Below are positions 19,228-26,148 of a stretch of 36,491 nt of DNA, one piece after another. The translations under genes and the position numbers were made by a program. A model generated the notes under the pieces. That model saw only the letters and a list, made by a program, of their open reading frames with translations, did not search any database and was not told where the DNA came from. Position 1 is the first letter of the stretch. Each line of letters begins with the position of its first letter. The stretch lies in the IMG/VR virus record IMGVR_UViG_3300048998_000331, positions 1 through 36,491 of that record; one strand, 5' to 3'. Source of the DNA: a virus. Its lineage: Duplodnaviria; Caudoviricetes.

Positions 19228-19410
19228 TCAAGCGCCGTTGAGTTTCCGGAGTTCGGTGAGGTCGATGAGGGTGCGGCCGGCGCTGTCGTGGCCGTGGTGG
19301 GTGAGTTTGCCGCGGGTGAGCCAGACGCGGATGGTGCCGGGCTTGATGCCGGTGGCGGCCGACGCGGCGTAGGCATCAACGAGGGTGGGCGCCGGGGCGA
19401 CGGTGGTCAT
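19228..19410 (-). CDS. Small MerR/Xis-type HTH DNA-binding protein (possible late regulator)
   Basis: VDAYAASAATGIKPGTIRVWLTRGKL...RTLIDLTEL. Confidence 0.75.
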   Translation of the reverse strand: MTTVAPAPTLVDAYAASAATGIKPGTIRVWLTRGKLTHHGHDSAGRTLIDLTELRKLNGA

Positions 19411-19436
19411 GGCCCAAGTGTGGATCACGGGCGGCG

Positions 19437-19598
19437 AGGGAGGCAGGCGAGCGGCCGAAAGCCCTGTTTCCGGGGCTGTTCTGGGCTCGGATTGGCTGCC
19501 TCCCCGCCTCCCTTACCCAGGGTTACCACAGGTGGGGCCGGGGGATGCGCTGCGGGGAGCCGCTTGGGGAGAACTCCCCGCCTCCCCGCAGCCTCCCC
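19437..19598. repeat. Cluster of GGGGAGGC-like 8-mers directly after traB (candidate clt)
   Basis: GCCTCCCC at 19498, 19580, 19591; GCCTCCCT 19506; AACTCCCC 19572; inverted AGGGAGGC 19437, GGGGAGCC 19554, GGGGAGAA 19566. Confidence 0.6.
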
Positions 19599-21758
19599 CT
19601 ACTCGACGGCTTCCTCGTCGCGCTCGGCGAGGGCTTCCAGCACGCGGTCGCGGGCGATGGTCGAGACGCCGTGGGACTTGTACGGCTGCGCCCCGTAGGG
19701 CTCCAGAGCGGCCGTCAGGTCGTTGAAGCTCCAGTCCCGGTAGGCGGCCGGGTTGAGCGCGGCGAGGCGGTGCAGCACCTCCTGGGAACGCACCCGCGGG
19801 TCAGCGCCGAGGACCGCGGCGATGTCGGCGAGGTGGTCGGCGGGTGCGGCCGGGTCCGTCACGGGTGCGGCGGCCGGCGTCTGCCCGTTGCGTAGGGCCA
19901 TGGCTCGCTGGACGACGGGGGTCACCTGGTCTGTGCCCGACTCCTTGCGGACGTAGTAGGAGCGGATCAGCTCGAACGGCTTCTTCACGAAGCCCACGGT
20001 CAGCGCGGTGCCGACATCCTCGGCCGGGTTGAGGTTGGTCGCGGTGATGCCCGCCTTGTGCTTGCCCGTGCCCAAGAGGCCGTCGTTGGCGACGTGGTCG
20101 CCGACCGCGAACGCCACCCGGTTGGAGGTGTTGCGGGTGACGTCCTTCGGGATGCTGTCGGCGGTCGGGGAGACCGTCACCCAGATGATGGTGATGCCCA
20201 CCTTGCGGGCCTTCTTCATCGCCTTGATGGCCAGTTCCTCGGCCTCGGCCTTGTACTTCTTGTGCATGAACAACTCATGGCACTCGTCGTACACCACGAT
20301 CTTGGGGCGCATCCGCGGGTCCCGCTCGGCCAGTTCCCGGGTGAGTTTGGTGTCTTCGCCGCCCAGCGACTCCAGCAGCTTGCCGCGCAGGGTCACGTCG
20401 TCGACCAGGTCCCGCAGCGATTCGAGGGCGGCCTCGATCTGCTCGTCCTCGTCGCCCTTCACCAGAGCCTTCAGGCGGGGCTTCATCGGGTCGTAATCAA
20501 CGTTGTACGCCATGACGTACACCTCGATCTCGACCAGCGGATCGAGCATCGCGCCCAGCAGCAGGCTCACGACCAGCGAGGACTTACCCGAACCCATGAT
20601 GCCGCCGATCATGTAGTTGCAGGCCATGAGCTTGCCGAACACCGGCTCCCCGCGCTGCGATACACCCACCGGCACGCCCTTGAAGTAGTCGGCGGTGCCG
20701 TCGGTGAGCAGCGGCCACGGCGGGACCGGACCGGACAGCGACCCCTGGTCAGCGACCCACAGGTCCATGACGCTGGGCTGGTCGCGGGGCTGGGTGGGCC
20801 ACACCTCGACGGGAAGCCGGGTGAGGTTGTGGGCGAGTACGGGCTTCTTGCCGTTGACCATTTCGACGGTGACGCCGAGGGGCAGCTGCAGCTGGCTGTG
20901 CCAGCCGTTGCCGAGGCGGGTTGTAGGGGACATCCAGCGGGGCTGCCAGCCGTCCTTGAACGCCTTGTTCAGCGCGGGGATGCCCAGGTGGCGCAGGGCG
21001 TCGAGGATGGCGCCCTCGTCGGGGACGACGGCCCGCTTGTCCCGCTCGGCTTCGGGTAGCGCCCACTGGGGTGCGGCCTGCCCACGGCGACCGGTGTTCC
21101 ACAGACCGAGGAACGCCAGCCACGGCGCGAGGAACACCGCGGGGCCCCACACGATGCTAACGATGACGACGGCCCACCGAATCGCGTCGATGGTGAACAT
21201 GACGGGTGCGATGACCTGCGTCGGGTCCTTCTCGGCGATGGCCATGATGACGCCCAAACCGAGCAGTCCACCAGCCGTGGCCGCCGTGCCGACCGCGGCA
21301 CCCTTGGCGATCTGCAGCGGCGCCTTCAACAGGTCCATGCGGCGCTGGTGGCGCTGCTGCCGGAACGTGGCGGCGCGCTGCTCCCATTCGAGGGCCACCT
21401 CGTGCTGACCCGCGGCCTCGGCGGAGCGCATCATCCGCTCGTGCCGGGCGACCGTGCGGCCGTCCCAAGCGCGCTTGGTGACGATGCGGGTGCCACCGAC
21501 GACGTAGGCGCCGTGACGGACCGCCAGGCGGCCGGCGGTACGGGTCCGGTCGTGGGTGGCGATGACGCGCGCCCGCCGGGCTGACCTGATCAGCAGGTGC
21601 CGTCGAACGGGCTGGTCAGCGGCAGGGGTCCGGGCTGGTGCGGACCCTTTCTCGCCGTCTGCCGGCGCCGGGTCCTTGAGGAGGCTGACGGGTTCGGGCC
21701 GGTGGTCGTCGAGGCGGTGGAGCGTGCCCACGTCGGGCTCCGTCGCGGTATCGGTCAT
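19599..21758 (-). CDS. traB: TraB-like FtsK/SpoIIIE DNA translocase
   Basis: 719 aa: N-terminal TM helices, Walker A GGIMGSGKS, Walker B IVVYDECHEL, KARKVGI, RVAFAVGD; Pro/Ala linker and C-terminal helical (wHTH-like) domain; GGAG RBS. Confidence 0.85.
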   Translation of the reverse strand: MTDTATEPDVGTLHRLDDHRPEPVSLLKDPAPADGEKGSAPARTPAADQPVRRHLLIRSARRARVIATHDRTRTAGRLAVRHGAYVVGGTRIVTKRAWDGRTVARHERMMRSAEAAGQHEVALEWEQRAATFRQQRHQRRMDLLKAPLQIAKGAAVGTAATAGGLLGLGVIMAIAEKDPTQVIAPVMFTIDAIRWAVVIVSIVWGPAVFLAPWLAFLGLWNTGRRGQAAPQWALPEAERDKRAVVPDEGAILDALRHLGIPALNKAFKDGWQPRWMSPTTRLGNGWHSQLQLPLGVTVEMVNGKKPVLAHNLTRLPVEVWPTQPRDQPSVMDLWVADQGSLSGPVPPWPLLTDGTADYFKGVPVGVSQRGEPVFGKLMACNYMIGGIMGSGKSSLVVSLLLGAMLDPLVEIEVYVMAYNVDYDPMKPRLKALVKGDEDEQIEAALESLRDLVDDVTLRGKLLESLGGEDTKLTRELAERDPRMRPKIVVYDECHELFMHKKYKAEAEELAIKAMKKARKVGITIIWVTVSPTADSIPKDVTRNTSNRVAFAVGDHVANDGLLGTGKHKAGITATNLNPAEDVGTALTVGFVKKPFELIRSYYVRKESGTDQVTPVVQRAMALRNGQTPAAAPVTDPAAPADHLADIAAVLGADPRVRSQEVLHRLAALNPAAYRDWSFNDLTAALEPYGAQPYKSHGVSTIARDRVLEALAERDEEAVE

Positions 21759-21796
21759 GCTGGCGGTCTCCAGTGCTCGTCAGGGTGCTGCGAGGG

Positions 21797-21840
21797 CCCG
21801 CGGCGGCCGGCTTCCTTGGCCGGGTGACGGCCGCCGCGGG
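21797..21840. terminator. Strong stem-loop upstream of traB (terminator/attenuator or processing site)
   Basis: Perfect 13-bp arms CCCGCGGCGGCCG / CGGCCGCCGCGGG. Confidence 0.5.
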
Positions 21841-21846
21841 GTGTAG

Positions 21847-22065
21847 CTACAGGGGCAGGGGCTTGGAGCGGCAGGTGCCCGCGTGCTCGTTGGCCTTGCC
21901 GCGGGCGTAGGGGATGCCCGTGTGGATGCTGTCCAGGCCGCAGCCGAGGCAGTTCCAGCTCCCGCGGCGCATACGGTCGGGGTCCGGGGTCTCGATCAGG
22001 GCGACGGTCGCGCCGCCGAGGGTGGCGAACACGGCGATGGTGCCCTTGGGCAGGGTCTCGGTCAT
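21847..22065 (-). CDS. Small Zn-finger protein
   Basis: WNCLGC...ANEHAGTC (CxxC...HxxxC); AGGAG RBS. Confidence 0.7.
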   Translation of the reverse strand: MTETLPKGTIAVFATLGGATVALIETPDPDRMRRGSWNCLGCGLDSIHTGIPYARGKANEHAGTCRSKPLPL

Positions 22066-22068
22066 GGG

Positions 22069-22251
22069 TTATTTCTCCTGTTCAGCCCGGGTGCGGGCCT
22101 TGTTGAGGATGGCGTCGAACTTCTTTTGCAGGTCCGCCAGGTCAACGGCCTCGCCCGCGAGGCCGCGCTTGGCCATCCGGGCCGTCAGCCAGGCGAGCCG
22201 GGTGGTCTCGCCGGCGGTCAGCGGCGGGTCGGAGTCGGTGAGGCGGATCAC
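22069..22251 (-). CDS. Small hypothetical protein (DUF6257-like)
   Basis: GTG overlapping the upstream stop; AWLTARMAKRGLA...DLADLQKKFDAI resembles small proteins of Streptomyces mobile elements (family from memory). Confidence 0.6.
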   Translation of the reverse strand: MIRLTDSDPPLTAGETTRLAWLTARMAKRGLAGEAVDLADLQKKFDAILNKARTRAEQEK

Positions 22252-22415
22252 TGGCCGGTCCCCTCCTGGAGAAGCTGGCCGGCGGCCTGGACGGCGGCGG
22301 GGCCTTCGTCCATCAGCAGGTTGTCCATGGCGAGGCGGGCCTCGTCGGTGCTGCCGCCGTGCGTGATGGCGATGCCGACGATTTCCTTGGCGATCTGGTC
22401 GGTGGTGCGAGCCAT
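22248..22415 (-). CDS. 55-aa hypothetical protein (not in ORF track)
   Basis: GAGAGGAG RBS; MARTTDQIAKEIVGIAITHGG...; TGA overlaps the next GTG. Confidence 0.65.
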   Translation of the reverse strand: MARTTDQIAKEIVGIAITHGGSTDEARLAMDNLLMDEGPAAVQAAGQLLQEGTGQ

Positions 22416-22464
22416 GACGGGCTCCTCTCGGTTTTGGGCCGACTGGTACCGGCCCCACCGCGCC

Positions 22465-22491
22465 CACTCACTTCCCGCGAGGAAGTGAGTG
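22465..22491. repeat. Perfect 11-bp inverted repeat CACTCACTTCC-N5-GGAAGTGAGTG
   Basis: Intergenic, read directly from sequence. Confidence 0.8.
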
Positions 22492-22506
22492 AGACGGAAG
22501 GGCAGG

Positions 22507-22818
22507 TCAGCGGCGGCGGATGTCCTTGTAGATCCCGTAGACGACCAGCGCGACCAGGGCCACGGATACGGCGGCGATGGCCAGGGCGACCGCAGCGAAC
22601 GCCACGGTGACCATGAACATCGAGCCCGCGATCCCGATCCCGATCCACTTGCCGGCCTCGCCCGCCCGCTGCTGCGGTACGGGCGCCGGGGGCGGTACGG
22701 GCTGCTGGAGTTGCTGCACGATCGCGGCGGTCTGCAACGCGGCGAGGACCGCGGCGTAGGTCTCGCCCTGCCGGGCGGCGTCGATGGCGTCCTGCGACGC
22801 CTTGCCCAGGTCGGTCAC
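22507..22818 (-). CDS. SpdD-like small membrane protein
   Basis: Pro/Gln linker, long hydrophobic hairpin (WIGIGIAGSMFMVTVAFAAVALAIAAVSVALVALVV), basic tail; coupled to upstream gene. Confidence 0.6.
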   Translation of the reverse strand: MTDLGKASQDAIDAARQGETYAAVLAALQTAAIVQQLQQPVPPPAPVPQQRAGEAGKWIGIGIAGSMFMVTVAFAAVALAIAAVSVALVALVVYGIYKDIRRR

Positions 22819-24007
22819 GGCAGGTACCTCTTCAGCTCGTTCTGGATGCGGGTGGCCCGGTCCTGGCCGATGGAGTAGCGGCCCCGCAGATCGCGGATGG
22901 ACGGCACGCGGTCATCGATCAGGAGGTGGAGGTAGTCGTTGCGGGCGCGGGCGGTGAAGGTGTCCTCACCGGGCGGCGGGGGGCTGTCGTCGTCGGGCTC
23001 GGGTACGTACTCGACCCGCACCTCAGGGCGGGTACGCGGCTGCTCGGAGGCGAGTACGCCGGCCGATACGGCGCCCACCGAAGCCGCCGCCGGGGACAGT
23101 TCCGAGTCGGGCCCGGGTACGCCCGCGAGGATCTGCGGGTACGCCTCGGCGTGTACCTCGGGTACGGGCTGCGGGGCGGGTACGCGCTCCACGGTGACCG
23201 CGGAAGCGACCGGTTCGGGCTGCTGCTCCCACGGTGCGGTGAGCGCCATCGAGGCGAGCGAGCCCGCGCCCCGGTACGCCGCGATCCGGTCCAGGAGTAC
23301 GGCCCGCTGGGCTTCGAGTACGCCCGCGTCGGTGCGGTCCACGGCCACCGCGAGGCGGTGGCGGGCGCGGCTGAGACGGTACGGGCGGGCCTTGGCCGTT
23401 TCCAGGTCGGCGAGGGTTGCGGCCCGGCGGGTGGCGATGCGGGTCCACCGGTCGCGGGTGATCTGGGCAGCGTCCCGGCCCCGCACGGCCAGGCCGAGGC
23501 GGGACAGCAGGCGCTCGCGCAGCTCCCTGACCAGGATCGCGGGCAGCGATTGGGAGTCGGCGCCGGGCTTGGTATGGCGCAGTTCGATACCCATGGCCAG
23601 GTGCCACAGCAGCGCGGCGCAGACCGGCCCGAAGAACGCCCGGACCGTACCCGCGACCGGGCCGGTCTCCGAGTACGCCGGGATGACCTGTACTGCGGTC
23701 ACCACCCAGACGAGTACGCCGGGCGTACCCGGGGCGCCCAGAACACGGAGGTTCTGGCGGGCCATCATCGCCATCGCGAACAGCGCCACCTCGGCGGCGG
23801 CGAACATGACGACCCGCTCGGTGCCGCTGGCCATCCCGAGGTGGTCACGGGCGAACCGCCACGAAGTGTCACCGGAGTACGCGGTGCACAACAAGGCGGC
23901 AGCAGCGGCCACGACGACCGCGGCGGGGGTGCGGCGTACCGCTCGGAGTACGAGGGCCAGTACGCACCCGAGTACGGCGAGTACACCGGCCAGGTACACC
24001 GGGGTAC
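22677..24007 (+). repeat. Dispersed, polarised (G)RGTACG repeats inside spd-like genes
   Basis: Hand count of 26 GTAC cores in 23003-24007, of which 18 are RGTACG on + and 4 inverted; two more at 22677 and 22695. Confidence 0.85.
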
Positions 24008-24038
24008 GCGCCAGCTCGGCGAGGGTGGGCAGGTTCAT
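22815..24038 (-). CDS. SpdB2/DUF2637-like multi-TM spread protein with C-terminal winged helix
   Basis: ATG at 24038 after GGAG; about 5 TM segments, Arg-rich helical region, Pro-rich linker, then PSIRDLRGRYSIGQDRATRIQNEL. Confidence 0.7.
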   Translation of the reverse strand: MNLPTLAELARTPVYLAGVLAVLGCVLALVLRAVRRTPAAVVVAAAAALLCTAYSGDTSWRFARDHLGMASGTERVVMFAAAEVALFAMAMMARQNLRVLGAPGTPGVLVWVVTAVQVIPAYSETGPVAGTVRAFFGPVCAALLWHLAMGIELRHTKPGADSQSLPAILVRELRERLLSRLGLAVRGRDAAQITRDRWTRIATRRAATLADLETAKARPYRLSRARHRLAVAVDRTDAGVLEAQRAVLLDRIAAYRGAGSLASMALTAPWEQQPEPVASAVTVERVPAPQPVPEVHAEAYPQILAGVPGPDSELSPAAASVGAVSAGVLASEQPRTRPEVRVEYVPEPDDDSPPPPGEDTFTARARNDYLHLLIDDRVPSIRDLRGRYSIGQDRATRIQNELKRYLP

Positions 24039-24214
24039 CGGACTCTCCGGGGAAGGCGGCGGGCGATCCGCGGCCGGGCGACGATGCCCGCGGCGAACGC
24101 CCAGACGACGGGCTGCAGGGCGAGCCAGTGGGCGACGGACATGACCGGCACGGCCAGCGCTGGGAACGCCACCAACAGGCCGAGGGCCAGGCCGAGGAAG
24201 ACGGTGAGCTTCAC
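24035..24214 (-). CDS. Small Spd-like membrane protein (59 aa)
   Basis: GTG start overlapping upstream TGA; two hydrophobic segments and Arg-rich tail; ATGA overlap with next gene. Confidence 0.65.
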   Translation of the reverse strand: MKLTVFLGLALGLLVAFPALAVPVMSVAHWLALQPVVWAFAAGIVARPRIARRLPRRVR

Positions 24215-24303
24215 CGGGCACCCCCGGCGGGGTACAGGTCGTCGTCCTGCGGCTTGATCGGGTCGTCGTCTTTCTTGCCGCACCAGTCGCACGAGGTGGT
24301 CAT
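24211..24303 (-). CDS. 30-aa peptide MTTSCDWCGKKDDDPIKPQDDDLYPAGGAR (not in ORF track)
   Basis: AGGAG RBS, ATGA overlap upstream and GTGA overlap downstream; CxxC motif. Confidence 0.6.
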   Translation of the reverse strand: MTTSCDWCGKKDDDPIKPQDDDLYPAGGAR

Positions 24304-24467
24304 CGGGTCTCCTCGTCGGCGGTGTGCGCGGCGTCCTCGTACAGGCCCCGGGTGAGGTCCTGCTGCCATGCCAGATCGGCGGCGGCAGGCGGGGGGTCTG
24401 CGGCGGCGGTGTGTGCGGTGATGGCGTCAGCGCGGGCCTGGAGCGCGGCAGCGATACGGCCGGTCAC
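24300..24467 (-). CDS. 55-aa hypothetical protein (not in ORF track)
   Basis: GTGA and ATGA coupling on both sides; MTGRIAAALQARADAIT...EETR. Confidence 0.55.
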   Translation of the reverse strand: MTGRIAAALQARADAITAHTAAADPPPAAADLAWQQDLTRGLYEDAAHTADEETR

Positions 24468-24868
24468 AGCGCACCGCCGCGGGTCTCGGAGGCCAGCCGG
24501 CGGGCTACCAGGCGGACGCGCCCGGCAGCCTCCAGCAGGTCGGCAACCAGCCCTTCCAGGCCGGCCACGTCGAAGTCGAAGTGGTCACCATCGAGCAGGT
24601 GCGCGACGACGTAGACCTCAGCGCCGTGGGCGTAGGTCGGCTTGGGGAAGGCGTCCTGCCAGAGCAGCAGTTCGAGCAGCCGGCGCGGGCCCCGCTCGGT
24701 GCCGACCATGATGTCGATGGACGGCCCGGTGTGGGCGATCTCCGACGCCAGCGGGCGGTGTACGAGATCGTCGGGGAAGTCGTGGGCGGTCCCGGTGCAC
24801 CACGCGGGCTCGGGGATGCTGACGATCCCGAGGTCGGAGGTGGCGACGGTCACGGTTCGCTCGGTCAT
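24464..24868 (-). CDS. Hypothetical protein (DUF6907-like)
   Basis: PEPAWCTGTAH...H motif and LEGLVADL...ARRL helix; family from memory. Confidence 0.6.
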   Translation of the reverse strand: MTERTVTVATSDLGIVSIPEPAWCTGTAHDFPDDLVHRPLASEIAHTGPSIDIMVGTERGPRRLLELLLWQDAFPKPTYAHGAEVYVVAHLLDGDHFDFDVAGLEGLVADLLEAAGRVRLVARRLASETRGGAL

Positions 24869-25200
24869 CGCTGCTCACCCCCGGCGGGCTCGTCGGCGTC
24901 CTGCCACACCGGGTACGTGACGGGGTGACGGTCGATGCCGTCGCGGACGGTCTGGGCCAGGACGCTCCAGCTGGGGCTGCCGTCCATCTTCACGGCGACC
25001 TCAGCGGCCAGGAGGACGGATCGGGCGCGCCGGTGGGTGAGCAGCCGCATCTGCTCGTACCCGTCGGGCGTGCCGAGTTCGGGGAACGGCACGTCGAGGG
25101 CATCGCGGATCGCGGCGAGCAGGGTGAGGACGTCGCTGGACAACGTGGACGCGGCCGGCTGGCTGTCCTTCGCGGCGGCGTCGGTGGTGGGCTCGGTCAT
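24865..25200 (-). CDS. Hypothetical protein
   Basis: ATG at 25200 overlapping upstream stop; LLAAIRDALDVP. Confidence 0.65.
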   Translation of the reverse strand: MTEPTTDAAAKDSQPAASTLSSDVLTLLAAIRDALDVPFPELGTPDGYEQMRLLTHRRARSVLLAAEVAVKMDGSPSWSVLAQTVRDGIDRHPVTYPVWQDADEPAGGEQR

Positions 25201-25604
25201 CGGGCACCGCCGATCCGGGCGGTACGGAACCCGGTGTTGACGACGTCGTACGTACCCGACGCGGCCGGCGTGAGGTTGCGGTTGGCGAAGGACCAGTGGC
25301 CGGTGTCGGCGGGCACCTCGCGGGTGTTGCGCATGACGCGGTACCAGTGGCCGACGGACTGCCTGGCCATGACGTGGAGCAGGCCGCCGAGGTCGCGGGC
25401 CATGTCGGTGCGGTTCCGGATGCGGAACAGCTCCAGGAAGACGTTCTGCGTGAGGTCGTCGGCGAGGTCGTGGTCGCGGCGGCCGAGCTTGCCGAGGATG
25501 ACCCGGCGGACCATCGGCCGGTACTGGGTGTACGCCGCGGTGAACAGGTCGTCGGTGGTGGTCGGGCAGGTCGCAGGCGTGCCCGCGGGCATGGAAAGAT
25601 CCAT
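25197..25604 (-). CDS. Sigma70 region-2-only (ECF sigma-like) protein
   Basis: FTAAYTQYRPMVRRVI...LADDLTQNVFLELF...LLHVMARQSVGHWYR matches ECF sigma2; no sigma4; AGGAG RBS. Confidence 0.7.
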   Translation of the reverse strand: MDLSMPAGTPATCPTTTDDLFTAAYTQYRPMVRRVILGKLGRRDHDLADDLTQNVFLELFRIRNRTDMARDLGGLLHVMARQSVGHWYRVMRNTREVPADTGHWSFANRNLTPAASGTYDVVNTGFRTARIGGAR

Positions 25605-25643
25605 GGTTAGCCGTTCTCCTTGCTTGGATCAAGGGTTCGGTCA

Positions 25644-25679
25644 GGCCCTTGGTCGGGGCGGGAACCCCGGCCTTGGGCC
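25644..25679. other. Intergenic stem-loop
   Basis: GGCCC-TT-GGTCGGGG-cgggaa-CCCCGGCC-TT-GGGCC. Confidence 0.45.
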
Positions 25680-25699
25680 GTCTTCAGTTGTGGGGTGGA

Positions 25700-26023
25700 T
25701 CAGGCCAGCAGGTCGGCGCTGGCGTCGAGCGCGTCGGCGAACGCCCGGTAGCGGGCGGCCATGGTGCGCACGTCGGCCGGGGTGGTGAACCGGCCCTGGG
25801 TCTCGTCGGTGTGCAAGTCGAAGTTGTAGACGACGATGCACACCGCCTCGTCGTCGACTGCGACCAGGTCGGCGTACACCTTGCCCTGGTCGCCGAGCGG
25901 CATCTCAGCGATGTCGACGACGCACCCGCCGTCGGTGTGGTGCCAGCGGCCGTCACAGCCCGGGATCCGGTGGGTCTCGACCTCGTCCAGCTCGGTCGTG
26001 GCGTACTCGGCGATCATGGTCAT
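25700..26023 (-). CDS. Hypothetical protein, first gene of transfer operon
   Basis: ATG at 26023 after AGGAAAGGA; acidic, Cys/His cluster, C-terminal helix ARYRAFADALDASADLLA. Confidence 0.7.
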   Translation of the reverse strand: MTMIAEYATTELDEVETHRIPGCDGRWHHTDGGCVVDIAEMPLGDQGKVYADLVAVDDEAVCIVVYNFDLHTDETQGRFTTPADVRTMAARYRAFADALDASADLLA

Positions 26024-26063
26024 ATCCGCGTTCCTTTCCTCCGGTTGCGAGTCCATCGGCCCC

Positions 26064-26133
26064 GGTGTCATGACACCCACCGTAGCCCTGGTGTCATGAC
26101 ACCGCAAGGGTTAACCTCAGGTGTCATGACGAG
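26064..26133. promoter_or_regulatory. Three palindromic operators GGTGTCATGACACC over divergent promoters
   Basis: Perfect 14-bp palindromes at 26064-26077 and 26090-26103, partial copy at 26120-26133; leftward TTGCGG-17 bp-TACGGT (26107-26079); rightward -10 TAACCT at 26112. Confidence 0.85.
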
Positions 26134-26148
26134 AGTGGAGAGCCGCTG

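Noticed and set aside
19200-19231. Possible late promoter TTGATC...TAACACT on the minus strand
   Set aside because: Position is plausible but spacing and -10 match are ambiguous, so it is not called.
19599-21758. FtsK ATPase as a host cell-division gene, type VII secretion EccC or packaging motor
   Set aside because: Single ATPase domain, no WXG100/ESX neighbours, a separate TerL exists, and the context is Spd-like genes.
23003-24007. GTAC repeats as a CRISPR array or tandem protein repeat
   Set aside because: Units are only 6-8 bp, irregularly spaced, in all three codon phases, with no constant repeat-spacer structure and no cas genes.
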